Shown here in pieces: positions 39,361 through 52,925 of a DNA stretch of 64,000 bases. The DNA is from Dimorphilus gyrociliatus (Eukaryota > Animalia > Annelida). Location: NCBI GenBank assembly GCA_904063045.1, contig CAJFCJ010000001.1:868001-932000 (forward strand). Direction: 5' to 3'. Positions within the stretch are counted from its first letter, which is position 1. Every line of letters starts with the position of its first letter. Under the pieces are notes generated by a model. The model made no database searches and was not told the DNA's origin. It saw only the letters and a program-made list of their open reading frames with translations. Position numbers and translations under genes: made by a program.

Positions 39361-41034
39361 TCATAAACTTAAACGTTGAAGCCATCTTCCGTTTAGTTCC
39401 AATGTCTGTTTGTTGCTCGTCCTTTCAACGAGCAAAGACCTATTATAAAAGTTATAGTTTATCATTTTTAGTTCGAGTTTGTGTGCTTGTATGAAAGCTA
39501 ACCTAGCAAGGTCCTGATAAGATATTGATTTGGAAGCAGCCGATAAGAGAATTAAGTGAAAGATATCTCGCTGAGCATTACTTCCACCACACATCCAAAT
39601 CTCATAGCGAACAGGAAGGAGGAGTTCGACTACTTTATCATATTCTTCATTTTCATATTCAACAATAGCTTTTAAAATATGCGTTCCAACTTCTCTAGCA
39701 ACTACTTGCTGATACTTTCCCGAATTTCCTCTATTTTAACGATAAAAATTAATGATAGCATAATAATAAAATTATCTTACTGTATGAAATTCTCCACACT
39801 GTCAAGTATTTGATTGCAAAACTCCTTATCTGAACCACAAGTTAGCAATAGATGAGCATCATCAAACATACTGGTATGTTTAAAAGCGTGTTGTTTAAAT
39901 ACTTCGCATATTTTTATAGTTTCTTCTTTAACATTTAACCCTTCCATTTTTAACCTAAATAGGAGGGAAGCTGCGTCGTTCAGAAATAACATGGCTTCAT
40001 TTTTACAAGCTTCTATACAAATCTAAAAAATTATCAACAAAACGAATAAAACATTAAACAGTTTCTTAATTTTTACCGTATCATTAAACAATTCCAAAGC
40101 TTCTTCGTACATTCCTCTTTCAACGTAAAAAATACCTAAGTGCCAGGCGTTGTGTCCCAAAAACATGTCCCCTTTACGCCAATCTGCTTCTGTACTACGA
40201 AGAAAATGAATACCTTCGGCCGATCTTGAGGAATCTAATAGGACGTGGGATACAGCATGGGTTGCCCATGGATCTCGACCGTTGTTTAAATCTAATCCTT
40301 TTCTTGCCCATTTCTCTCCTTCTGAATTCTTATTACATTCATTTAAGGCAAATCCGTACCTGCCTAATAGATAGTTATACAGCGGTTTTTTTTCGCTATA
40401 CGCATTAACTGCATAGCCAAGGGAATTTTTCATTTGTTCACTATATCCAGTATTAATGTTTAAGACGAATAAGCGGCTGATGGAAAATATTTCGTTCGGA
40501 TTCAGCATAGAGTTTCGTTCGTAAATTCTGGATGCCTCTAGCTGCCTCCTAAAAAGGGAATAACCTTTACTTAATTACTACTATAAATCAGTTTCGTAGC
40601 GCACCCATAAATTTGGTGTTCAACAGCCTCAAAGCATAATTTTTCCCAGCTTGCAACTCGATTAGATTGAGCAATGACTCGTAGTCGTTCTAGATTTTGA
40701 ATCGTCTCCTCACCGGGTGTTACAACATCAATCGAAGACATTTCTTTAAATAATTGACCCATTAGGAAATTAGGATCTGTTTCCACCATTCTTTGTATAG
40801 TTGATGGGAGGCCTCCTAAACTTGGATCATTTGTTAAACTCATTATTTGATGGAGGGCTGCATCGTACAGTTTTGCAGTTTCATTATTGGTTGTTGATAG
40901 CTCAATTCCGTCAGCTTTCCAAGCCTTTTTAAAAAACTTTAGTTTAATATTGAGACTAACTTTTCATAACTGCTAAGATATGATATATTAATTTAACAAA
41001 CTTGACAATCTCTCCAAGAGCCTGGAATGACCAT
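39361..41034 (-). CDS. TTC38: Tetratricopeptide repeat protein 38
   Basis: SWRDCQ|AWKADGIELSTTNNETAKLYDAAL, DPNFLMG, YGFALNECN, DPWATHAVSHV, HNAWHLGIF, DAASLLFRLKMEG, CGGSNAQRDIF. Confidence 0.9.
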
Positions 41035-41118
41035 TATCTTATTAATTTAGCTTTGAAATAAAATACTGTATTGCAAGAGAACTTATGATAAGATTAGTAG
41101 TTTGGTGAACTGAAACTT

Positions 41119-41132
41119 CACCTCTAGCGGCT
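41119..41132 (-). promoter_or_regulatory. CTCF-like motif (AGCCGCTAGAGGTG) in the TTC38/NOC3L bidirectional promoter
   Basis: CCGCTAGAGG matches the 5' CTCF core; it lies between divergent ATGs about 230 bp apart. Confidence 0.3.
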
Positions 41133-41263
41133 GAACCAGTTGTTACTGAAAGAGTATTGCGCTTCATTGTTTATTCAAGCTTCACCTAGGTGGTGCTGAT
41201 TCCAAAATATGACAAAATGATGTTCCGAATTTAGAGCTACCTTTTCGTGCGAATAATCTGAAT

Positions 41264-44200
41264 ATGGTCGGTATTTGCTATTGTTTTTTTTGTAGTTTTC
41301 TTCAAATAATAGAGCTTGAAATAATATAATATTTAATATTGTAATATAACAATAAATTTCTGCAAAGTGTTCAATTAACTTCTCAAATTAAACCATACTA
41401 TTTACAAAAGTATAGTATGAGCGATAATTAGGTAGTTTCTCCACGTGTTGTATATACTGAATCAAACGTCAAAGCATCTTCCCAGTTATTGCTATTGATC
41501 TTAACATACTTTTATTAAAATATATTTGTATTAATAATTTGCCTTATGCTATTGTCATTGCACATTCGATAACCACTTTGAAGATCATTAAATTTATATT
41601 CAAAGATGTCGATTAATTGTTGTGTTTCTTTTTGGCCTTATTATCATGACTTGCTATATTAAATAAATTAAGTGGTATTTTTAAAGAATTAAGATAGTGA
41701 TTAATTTACTTTTTCTCTCAGAAGCGAAAAGCGAAATCATTTGGAAAGAGGAAGCAAACAAAAGTATCAGCAGCAAAACTCTCCAATAAACATCTTAATA
41801 AATTAGCCAAACAGGGAAAACTAAAAAAAAAATTACCCAAAAATAAGCTAATTAGACTATTAAAAGAACGTATTAATCCAAATGCAAAGCCTGAGGAACA
41901 GAGGGATACGAGATTAATTGAACCACTTGCTGAGGATATTCCGCTTCAGGAGGCTGATTATGAATTTTTTGATTCAAAGAACAGAAACTTGGATTTTTTA
42001 TCTGCTATTTCGTAAGTTTTGTTCATTTTCATCCACAAAAAACAGCTATCAAAGAGTTCTTAATTTACAGCACGGAGCAAAACTCTAATAAACGTAAGAG
42101 GAAAAAGAAAAAAGATGAGGTAGAAAACGACTCGAATTTGGAAGATAAGTATGAAAGTAGGCGACTAAAACAACCGCGTTTAGAGACGAAAGCTCTCCTT
42201 CCGATAAAGACTAGCAGAGGTCTTAAAGAACGTACAGAAGAAGTTGAAGTTGAAGAGCATGAAGAGTCTGGTCTGTAATTTATTAAGAAAAGTAATTAAA
42301 TACTGTGAATTAATTATTCTTTTTAAGATGCCGAAGAAAAGGATAACACGGAAGAGGAGAAAGTTGAAATTGATGATGAGATAGGATTAAGTAGCGCGCA
42401 AATTTATGCTCTGAGAGCGAAGAAAGTTCAAGCAATAAAAATAAACGTTGCTAAATTATCGCTTTCTGTTATAGAAAATCCTGAGGAGAATGTAAACTAA
42501 ATATTTTTAAAACTAAATCTCATTTTTTATCATCTTAATTAATTTAATATAGATAAAATCTTTGAGAGAATTAACAATGATGTTGGACACAACTCATTAT
42601 CGAATTCGTACTCAAGTTTATAAAATTGTTCTATTATCTTTGTCGGAAATTTACAAAGATATTACACCTGGATATAGAATTCGAAGAGCGACATCATCTG
42701 AACTTAGACAAAAGGTATTAAATATAAAGATTTTTTTAAAATTAAAAGGTTACTCATCTTTGATTTTTTTCTTAAAAAGGCCAAGAAAGAAACTAAAAAA
42801 TTATGGTCATTTGAAGATCAACTTCTTAATCTCTATAAGAAATTCTTAGATGTTCAATTTAATTTAATGCGCGGGCAAAATCCAGTTAAGAAGAAAAAGA
42901 GTAAAACTGAAGAAAAAGATTTCTCCCCGGAAGATTATAAGGTTGGCATCTTCGTTATAAAATTGAATTAATTTGTATTTCAATTGAAATTTATTCTCTA
43001 GACTTTGAAAGGGATAGCTCTTCAATGCTTAGGTGAAATGCTTGTCAATCATCCTCACTTTAATTTTCGGACTGAAATAATTTCAACAATTGTTCCAGTA
43101 TGTTCTATTTCAAATGCAAAGGTTATACAAACAGGTTAATTAAGGTGAATTTTATATTAATAAAGTAACATTTTTCAGATGGCCACAACAGCTTGCGAAT
43201 ATATAAAGAAACTGTTCAAGCAAGATAAAAGTGGCGAAGTAACACTAGAAGTAAATTGATTTTCATTGATAAAAAAGATAAACCTGTTACTCTTGAAACA
43301 TATATTTATTTTAGGCTGTTAGGTTTATTGGAAGAGTAATAAAGAAAAGAAATTTCAATATTCATCCTCGAATTCTTAATGTTTTTCTTTCTCTTCGCTT
43401 ATCCGAAAGTATTATTAAGGAGAGTCAAGAAAAGGAGACGAAAGAGGAACGACTTAGGAAAAAGAAAGCTATGTCTAAAAGAGAGAGAAAGGTACATTCT
43501 CTTAAATCCATTAGCCTTTAATACAAAAGTTTTGTGTTTTATAGAGGCAGAAAAATTTTCAAGAATTAGAAAAACAACTAGAAGAAGCTGGTGTTGAAGA
43601 AAATAATAAAAGAAAGGGAAAAATTGTAAGTGATTTATACAATTATTTCCTGCACGACATGAAATTCATTAAAATATTTTCTTTTTATTTTTTTAAAGCA
43701 AACTGAAACTATTCAATTGGTTTTCTTAACTTATTTTCGCATTCTTAAGTTTCACGTTAAATCGAACTTGTTAGCAGCTGTCTTAGAGGGCTTAGCGAAG
43801 TATTTAATTTATTTAAATTTACTTTAGTGTTTATAACCTATTGGAATATATTTTTCTTCTATTAGATTTGCTCATCTAATAAACTTGGACTTCTTTGATG
43901 ATTTATTTAATCTTCTCAAACAATTGATAGAAGAAGTAGTAAGTTATTATTTTCAGTGCCTTTAAAATAATACAACTTGAATATCTTACAAAGGACCTTG
44001 GATTAACTGAATCGTTGCATTGTATTCATACTGCAATGACTATTCTATCCAGTGTCGGAGATACTTTAAATATTGATCCTATTGCATTCTACGTTCATCT
44101 GTATATGTGTTTGCCGAAAGTAAATGATTGTAAGTATTGATTCTAAAATATTTACTTTTCACGTTGCAAGTTGATTAAATATAGTGAGTAAATCTGACAT

Positions 44201-45007
44201 CTCGGATGTTCTTCTAAACTGCTTCGAACAAATGATATGTAAAAGAAGAAAACAAGTAAAGCATTTTTGTTTATGGCAGATAGATAAGAATAATTATTTT
44301 CAACTAAATTTCCAGGTACCACTGTCAAGATTTTTGTCTTTCATCAAAAGATTTTCAACTGCTAGTTTGCAACAAGATTGTGGAGTTACTTTTAAAATCA
44401 TTCAAAATTTACACAACGCTCTGAACGTATGTACATCAAATAGATAAATGAATTGCAGCTCATTCATATTTTACATACAGTTGGACTCAAGGGCCTTACA
44501 TCTCCTGCAAACTGATAATGAGTTGATAGGTTCTAATTATACCCCTGAATCCGATCATCCAGACTATTGTCATCCAGAGAGTACCGCTTTATACGAAATA
44601 GGCCTTTTGCAAGTAATAATTGTTTTTAATTTGTGATTTTACTTCATCAAAAAATTATTTATAGAAACATGTAAATGAAACAATAAGACAGTACGTGTCT
44701 TTCCTCGCTGGTGAAGGGTCAACTACAGCTGCTAGATTAAAATTCAATCAGTAAGAAGGTTTATACGTACAGAATACACAACTAACTTATTTCTTAAAAA
44801 AATAGAATTGAAGAAAACCTTGACGAAAGAATTTTTAACTTTTTAGAATGGAATAAGAAAACATTGAACTTATCCAACAAGCAAGCTAGAATTGTAAGCG
44901 ATCATTTGTTTTTTACATTTAATATCTTACTAATTTCCTTTACGTAGATTTCAAGCCAGGAATCAAAAGTCTATAAGAAGTTAGAAGATGAAGTTAAAAA
45001 CCTCTAA
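41264..45007 (+). CDS. NOC3L: Nucleolar complex protein 3 homolog (NOC3p + CBF domain); many short exons; first coding exon probably only ATG
   Basis: YKDITPGYRIR, HPHFNFRTEII, QTETIQLVFLTYFRILK, LLAAVLEGLAK|FAHLINLDFFDDL, LNIDPIAFY, YTPESDHPDYCHPESTALYEI. The start ATG|gtcggt at 41264-41266 is inferred from the phase-0 acceptor at 41721. Confidence 0.9.
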
Positions 45008-45286
45008 ATGTGCGTTATGAAATGTTTAATGAGAGTAATAAACAATTAATTAACAAATTTCCAAACGTGAAAATGTTTTAATCGTTTGTCAAAAGATATC
45101 ATGCATTCTTAATTCAAAAATATCACAAGTAGTGACAATTTGCCTCTATATACATAAAAATGGACAGTATGGTCATGCATTCGAAATAAAAAATCATAAC
45201 AGTTCATCGGGACTACTTTTCAAGAGTTATATAGTTTTCTATTCTAGTTAAAGATATCACACTCGCAACACCTGCTACCTCTTGAG

Positions 45287-46509
45287 TTAAAGCAAGACGA
45301 ATCGACCACCTCGACCTTTTGGCTGAGATCCATCAGAGAAACGGTCGTTTAAACTTGTCCCGGTCTATTTTAAAGAGTTTATTACTTCATATGTAATTTT
45401 AATAAAATGTAAAGACTTACGTGGGCTCGACCAAAATCGCTTCGTTTGTATGAGAAATTTTCTGACCGACTACCTCTTGAGCTGAGCTCCATAACTTGTT
45501 GCTTTATTCTAGTAATACTACCCCTACTGAGACGGCCTCCTCGTCGACCTCTACCTCGTCCTCTTGTTCTATCTTGTACTCCTCCTCTTGGACTGGCACC
45601 TCTCCCCCTCATTCCTCGACCACGTCCTCTTGCTCCTCTTCCTCTCCAGTTTCGTGAGTTGAGCTGCACATCAATTGATGGTCTAGAGACAACATTTGAA
45701 ATTTAACTTTTACAATGACTCTTGAGATCATACGGAATTCTTAAGGAACAAACTTGGTGTTGTTTATGTTAACAGTCATGAGACGTCCTCTTCCTCTGGA
45801 TCTACCTCTTCCTCTTTGGCCTCTTACAATTGCATCTGATCGCATTCCTCCTACTGACTCTCTCATTCCGCTTGTCTACAATATGTTCTTAGTAAAATTT
45901 CTCTCATTTAAAAAAAATAGTCGTACTTGAAGACCCCTTTGAGCAGCTAATATTTTTTGTCGAGCATCCTTAACACGACTGCCAGCTTGAGGCTGAACAG
46001 TCTTAGATCCACGACCCATTCGTCTTCTAGTTGCAGCTACTACTCGCTTCCTGGCCACAATTTGTGCAGCCGATGCTGTCTTATTTTGGGTTCCACCGCG
46101 TCCTGCCCCACGTCCACGTCCTCTGCCTCTTCCCCTTCCTTTACCTCTACCACGAGCTACATGTTCTCCAGCAGACGATGATCGAATCGGACTTTCCGAG
46201 GTGTCCATGTTTTTTGATGCACCCCTTCCTCTACCTCTTCCACGAAAGGATCTACCTCGACCTCTGGTGCCTCTAACATTCTGGCCCCTTCCTCCTCTAC
46301 CACCTCTGCCTCTAGAGCTAGATGCACGTTCTCTTCCACGCATTCTTCCTCTACCTCTGCCTCTACCTCTTTTCGATCCGGGCTTCTTGTTCATCTTTAT
46401 TATCTCATCTAAGGGAAGCGAAATTTTTAACCCTCACGAATTTTCGATCGGCTTTCGAAATTTCCGTACCTAATGACATTCCAACTTTATCTGCACCTTC
46501 GGTCGACAT
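45287..46509 (-). CDS. FYTTD1: UAP56-interacting factor (UIF/FYTTD1)-like mRNA export adaptor, RG-rich
   Basis: N-terminal UAP56-binding motif DKVGMSL|DEIIKMNKK (intron 46409-46469); GRLMTVNINN resembles FYTTD1 GGILTVSIDN; C-terminal TGTSLNDRFS...GRGGRFVLL resembles TGMTLNERF...GGSRFVTVG. No RRM, which argues against ALYREF. Confidence 0.75.
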
Positions 46510-46788
46510 TCTGTATCTTTGTAGCCTTATCACACCCTCGACTGAACACAATTTTCGAAATCGTCACTGCTCAACAAAGTTACCTAGTATGTATAAATAG
46601 CTACATGTAAACGATAGAACCAAACAACGCCTGTCGTAAAAAATATTTTCATTATAGTTGTATTTTATTAATTTAGTATTAATTTTAATTAATTAAATAT
46701 TTTTTGCATAGAGTAAACAATTTTTCAATTGAAATTATATTTTTTATCTAGTAGTTGTAAGATCATTGATGATTCGTTTTCTTTACCT

Positions 46789-46834
46789 TGCTAAACCGGA
46801 AGTCTTCTAATTGGTGCTAAACCGGAAGTCTTCT
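46789..46834. promoter_or_regulatory. Perfect 20-bp direct repeat (TGCTAAACCGGAAGTCTTCT x2, 26-bp period) giving tandem ETS (CCGGAAGT) sites
   Basis: Copies at 46789-46808 and 46815-46834, inside the FYTTD1/POLR2H bidirectional promoter. Confidence 0.75.
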
Positions 46835-46929
46835 GTTCCCGGCCAAAACGCCGTGCACTCTCAGAATAAGTGTTATTCCTAATTTCAAAAGCCTAAAATC
46901 TTAATAACAAGTGATTCGTATCGAATAAT

Positions 46930-47439
46930 ATGTCCAGTTTGTTCGAGGATATTTTCGAGGTAAGATCCTTCTAATTGATATCAAACATGTAAAAAGAAAA
47001 CAATAATTAAGTAATATTGGGAAATTGACTATAGATTAAAGATTTGGATCCTGATGGCAGAAAATTCGACCGCGTTTCAAGGATATTGGCTGAATCTGAG
47101 TCGTTTAAAATGGACTTAATTCTGGACGTCAACACTCAAATATACCCATTAGCATTAGGAGATAAATTTCGTATGGTTCTTGCCAACAGCTTAAGAGAAG
47201 ATGGAACCATAGACGACGAATATGATCCATCAGATAATAGACCTTCCAGAGCTGACAGTTTTGAGTATGTTATGTTTGGAAAAGTATATAGAATTGAAGG
47301 AGACGAAGACAGTGGAAGACTAGCAGCTTATGTTTCGTACGGTGGACTTCTTATGAGATTGCAAGGCGATGCAAATAATTTACACGGTTTTGAAGTAGAT
47401 GCAAATATTTATCTATTTTTAAAGAAAGTCGCTTTTTAA
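46930..47439 (+). CDS. POLR2H: RNA polymerases I/II/III subunit RPABC3 (RPB8); exons 46930-46959 and 47035-47439
   Basis: LFEDIFE|[65 protein letters not shown]. Confidence 0.97.
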
Positions 47440-47957
47440 GTACTGTTGTTCTTTTGTATATATATGTTGATTTCTTTATATATATAATATATGTACAGTT
47501 AAATCGTACGTAATCATTACAGAACGAAATACTATGGAATTTCTTATAAAACATACATTTTTGTAAAGAAGCTGGAAATTCATGTAGAATTCTAAAAACA
47601 AATCATCGAAATGTTTATAAATCAGCTTATAGCATCCAAGTCAAGTTGAAAAATGTGATCTTAATTATTAATACTAAAATTCTTGTTGAGAAATAAACAA
47701 AGTTCTGATCAGCGTTTAGTAAAAAACCTTACAAAATATGCATATCAAGAATATCAAGTTTAATATAATATGAACATAACTATTAATTAAATATCATATT
47801 TTTAGCGCCGTAATATTACCTCCGCCCCACTTTTAGGTAGTCTCTGTCGATCGGCGCATACCACTAGATTCTATTTATGAAATTTTTTCGAAGACTTTTA
47901 AATGCGGATATAATCGAAAATTTTTAAGAAAGTGTTTAGATTTAAAAGATAAGAAAT

Positions 47958-50900
47958 ATGCCGTCCGGAAAGGTTTGTATCCTAATGTTAAAAGCCTTTC
48001 ACTCATTTAAGAATAACATAAGCTCTGCCTTTCAAAACGATTTTTATGTTCGCACTGTTTTCTTCCATTAATACTCAACAGAGGTTGGATGATACTTGGA
48101 AAACAGATGAATTGAAGAATTCGTTAAAGGTAATTCGTATGGACTAGGAAGACTTTAAAATCAAGTCTTTGGGGGGAAATTGACGGATGCTTTCTTTCAG
48201 TTGCTTATAGTTTATAATATTCACTGTTTACAAAAGAATAATTACATAAAAGTAATCAAAGTCCAATTTTGGAATAGAATTTTGTTTAGTGCCTATTAGT
48301 TGTTGATATTTAGGGTAGTTACTTCTTTCAGATAAAAATACGAAACAATATTTTTTTTGTTGTCATGGAAATACTATAAAATAGTAAATAGAATTTTCAT
48401 TCATGAAACTCGTTGATTTTAGAAATATTACGAGGACGAAAGCGATGAGGAATACGATTATGAGAGACGCAAAAGGGTCCGATGATTGCAGTATATAATA
48501 TAGACTTAGCTCTTTAAAACAATATAACAAACATAATTTTTTTCAAGTGTTTTACCAGTTTAAATCTTTTTTTCTATAGTTAATTTTAATCTAGTGAGGT
48601 TTATTAATTGTTTGATTGAATTTTTAACATTGCACTATGGGAAATTTGATCTTAAAATTTGTTTGCCTTTAACAGAAAGATGAGAAAAAGAAATCTTCAA
48701 AAGATAAAGAAAGAAAAGAGGACAGAGATAGGGAAAAAAAAAGAGATAAGAAGAAAGATGAAGTAGTTTGTTTTTCTTTAATTTCTTTAAAATATTTCAT
48801 CTATTTTATTTGATTTTTTAGGATAGGGATAGGAAACGGGATAAGGAGAGACGAAAAGACGAAGATTCCGACAGAAAGCATAGAAAAGATGTATAAATTT
48901 TGTTTTAACAGTACTGTCTTCTAGATGTTATCAATCTCAATTTTCAGGATGGAGAAAGGGAAAGGAGGCGTCCCAAAGAAGATGAAGATGAGGGAGAAAG
49001 ACAAAGGAGAAAAGAAGAAAGAAGAAAACGAAAGGAGGGGGGAGAAAGTGAAAAGAAAGAGCGGAAATATAGAGACGAGGTGTGTATCCTATGCTTTTTT
49101 TTACGATAAACATTCTTACGGTGAGATAGATATGAGTTAAAAATTTTTAAATGAAAGGATGATGACGAGAAAAGAAGGAGAAGGAAGGATGAAACGTCTC
49201 AAGAGCGCGATGAACGCAGAAGACGCAGAAAAGAGGAGACTTCTCAAGAAAGAGAAGAGCGAAGGAGACGAAGGAAAGACGAAACCTCTCAAGAAAGAGA
49301 CGAGAGACGAAGACGAAAGAAAGATGAAACATCTCAGGAGAGAGATGAACGACGGAGAAGAAGGAAAGAAGAAACATCTGAAGAGAGAGAAAAAAGAAAA
49401 AGAGAGGAGAGACGTAAGCGAAAAGAAGATAAAGAAAATGAAGATAATGATGACAGGAGACGGCATAGGAGAGATGAAGTATTAAATTCTAAAGAAATAA
49501 ATCTCTACCATTCGATAAATTATTAATATTTTTCTTAGACAAGCGAAGAGCGTAGAAAAAGGCACGAAGAGAAGAAAGAGAAACGTCGAAAGGAAAAGGA
49601 AGTAAGTTGAATATATTTCATTACAGTAAGAAGATGAAACAACTTTTTGAAAAGCAACAATTTTTCATACATAAACTTTTTCAATCAAGAATTTTGAATT
49701 GATATTTTTGAAAGCTTTTTCTTTTATCCTTAAATTATTATCACATCAAGTTTTTTGCATTTTTTTTTCTTTTTTTTATTATCATATCTCTACTATACTT
49801 TACATTTTTTTTATTATCACAAAATTTGTCACAAATCACACTTGTTTCTCATTTTGCTAGGAAAGAGAAAGGCAAGAGGAAGAGGAGAGGAGACGACAAG
49901 AAGAACTAGCAAAAGTTTGTCATAATTGAAGAAATTTATCACAATGCTATAGTTTTTTTTGCACTCGCTTTCAATTCACAGCAAAATAATGAGGATGAAA
50001 ATAATTATGATAATTACGAAGATGATTTTGAGGTAAATTGATATTTTTTGTTCTTTTTTTTCATAGCAGCCAGCAGATAATTATGACGTAAGTAGGAATG
50101 ATATACATTAGCTATTCTTCATTCACTCATTTGTCTACCATATGTAGTTTTTTGTATTTATATCTCGTAGGATTACGATGATGATTTCGAGGATGATGCC
50201 GGAGGTGGTGATGATTCGGCGAATGATGAGCAGGTATGTTATAAATTTGACAGGCAAAAAGAAACTATTTATTCATTATAACACTTTCTATTAAAAGAAT
50301 AATGAAATGAGTGATTTAATGAAAGCAATGAACGACGAAAATGAACGATTGCTTAAAGATTCAAGAAAAAGAGATAATGATTATGTTAATAGACTATAAC
50401 TTGAATACATTTTTATCTAAAGATATTTCTGTTACGTTTGAATAGGACGACGACGAAGAATCCGGAAATGAGAGTGATACAAGACCCGAAAAATCTGGGT
50501 CAACTTTTATTAATTTTGTTTCTGCTAAACAAAGAGTGATATCAAACGCGGCAATGAGTAAGACGAAGAAGAGAGGACAAGAACTTTTAAAGTTAATTGA
50601 GTTAGATTGCTCAAACTTGGATATGTTTGATATGCCTCCAGTCAACGAATACGATCTGTATATTAGAAGTTTTGGTAGAGCTGATACACAACAAGTAAAC
50701 ATTGAAGCTTAAATAATAATTTATCTTAAATCTTGACATCTGTAGGTTTATATACAAACTAATGAAGATAATGCGGATAAAGATAATCAAACTGAAGAAA
50801 TTGATTATAGAGACAAATGGTCTCAACACCCTCCTGAAGGCTTTAAAGCATGTGGTACTGGAGATGGCAACGACGAGAATGAAATAAGTACCAAGCCCGA

Positions 50901-52925
50901 CGATATTAAAAGATTAAATAAATTTTTAAACACTGCTTGCCAAGTATTTATCATTTCTCTTATAATCAACAAAAATCAAAATCTCATTTATGATATATAA
51001 TTTAATATAGGCTGTTCTAACTCTTTTGGAAGAAAATTTAATGGAAACAAAATCCGAAGAGGATCCGGGAAGAAAAAAGAGTAGAGTTGTAGTTTCTGAA
51101 GAATATATTCAATTAGCACAGCTGGAATTTCTTAAAGGTGACATATAGCCAAATCAAATGATTCGTAAAGTAAAATTATATTCCTGTCCTTCTATTCACA
51201 CTCTAGATTTTCCAGTTCGATATGCAACTTTTTCGCCAACTCAAAGTAATCTACTAATAATTGTCCATGAATTTTCATCCAAAGTTTGTCATTGTTTTGT
51301 TTTTTTTTTCGCGTTAAAATCTTTTGGTCCTCTCTGCAAATTCCTTTTTCAATTTCAGAAAGAAGAGGCAAATCATAATTATCAAAAAGGTCTAATTTGC
51401 ATGTGGAACGTAGGAGAACCATCTTTCCCACAAAAGTAGCTTAATTTGTTTTTTCTTCATTATTGAATATTTTTTTAAAACAACAAATGTAATTTTTAAA
51501 TGATAGAATTTTAACTTGTGAAAATGAGCCTATGTGCGCGTGTTTCTCACCTAATAAAGCAACTCTTATATTCGCTGGTTTGTCAGATGGATCATTAGTT
51601 GTTTGGGATTTAAGAGAAGCGTCAAATTTTCATAAAACTTTCAAAGATGAATCAGTAGAGTATGTTTTGAGAGGTCCAACGTATAATACAGGTAATAAAA
51701 ATACATAAAAGTGTTAATTAACTATTTTATTTTCATGAGTGAGAGTATAAAATTTGTTTTGTTCCTTAGCTGCTATCTTAGAAAATGATAATCATTATGC
51801 GCCAATAAAGTCAGTTACTGCAATAATTTCTCCAGACAATACGTATGTTTTCATTTTCTTATTTTATTCTTTGTTTATCTAATTTCTCTTTGTTTGTTTG
51901 TAAACGTTTATAGTGCAGATTCTGGTTTCACCAAAAATGGATCTAGTATTGAAGGTTTAACATTTCAAATAGCCACCTTAGACGAATCAGGTGTAGTTAG
52001 TTTGTGGGTTGTCGCCGAAATCTCAAATCCTGATCCTGCCGGAAGTCAAACAGATTTTGGGCTTGCACCTGGAGGGAGGGTTAAATTAATTAAAAGCTCA
52101 TCAATATACCTTGAATCACCTTTGCGGGATACCAGATTACGTAGTACTCTACAATGCACAGATTTTGCTGTTTTGCCTTCTGATCCAAGTCATTTTTATG
52201 TTACAACAAATACAGTAAGTTCCTCATGATACTTTTCCAACAGTTTCTTTACTTTAATTTTATCAAGGGATGCATAATTCATGGAATAAGATATGGAGGC
52301 AAGGCTCCACCGAAAGCCTATCGTAATATGCCCGATTTACCAGTAACAGTAACCTGCATTGACTTTTCACCGTTTACTGAACCAGTATTTTTAACTGGTT
52401 CCGAAAATGGAGAAATTCATTTATACCATACAAGATCAGGTAAATAAAATTAAAGATCAAAGTATGAGATAAAAAAGAGTACATTTCTATTTTCTCAATT
52501 TTTAGAAAACCCCCTTTTATCATGGTCTGATACAACTGAAGGACGTGCCATCAAGTTCATCAAATTCTGCAGATCTAGGCCTTCCGTTTTTTTTGTAGTT
52601 GATGAAATGAATACGTTATATATATGGGATTTATCTATGCTTGATTCAGGGCCAGCTAAAACTGAGAAAATTTCTGAAATAAAGTATACCGCTCTAATTA
52701 TATTCATCATATTTTGCTATTATTCTTTTTTATTGCAGTCTAAAAGCCTTTTGCCTTTCAAATGATCACTCTGCAACTGGACAAGGCTTACCTGGTAGAA
52801 AACCTCAGATGATTTTAGCATTTGAAGATTCTGTAGTAGAAGTTCATACAGTTAGTCAGAAATTTTCTGCGTTATTTCCTGAGGAAGTGGACCAATTTGC
52901 AGAATTAATTAATAATTCTCTATGA
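47958..52925 (+). CDS. DYNC2I1: Cytoplasmic dynein-2 intermediate chain 1 (WDR60): charged N-terminal tail plus WD40 domain
   Basis: MPSGK|RLDDTWKTDELK resembles the WDR60 N-terminus; YEDDFE|DYDDDFE; LDMFDMPPVNEYDLYIRSFG; QTNEDN; AGLSDGSLVVWDLRE; IATLDESGVVSLWVV; DFSPFTEPVFL. Confidence 0.9.
49185..49409 (+). repeat. Five tandem 45-bp (15-aa) coding repeats, consensus KDETSQERDERRRRR
   Basis: KDETSQERDERRRRR/KEETSQEREERRRRR/KDETSQERDERRRRK/KDETSQERDERRRRR/KEETSEEREKRKERR, translated directly from the exon starting at 49158. Confidence 0.9.

Noticed and set aside
45446-46600. Plus-strand Pro/Leu-rich ORFs opposite FYTTD1
   Set aside because: Antisense reading of RG repeats (AGAGG gives CCTCT).
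49137-49485. Overlapping ORFs in three frames at the WDR60 repeat
   Set aside because: A by-product of the 45-bp repeat; only the frame starting at 49158 fits the splice phases and WDR60.
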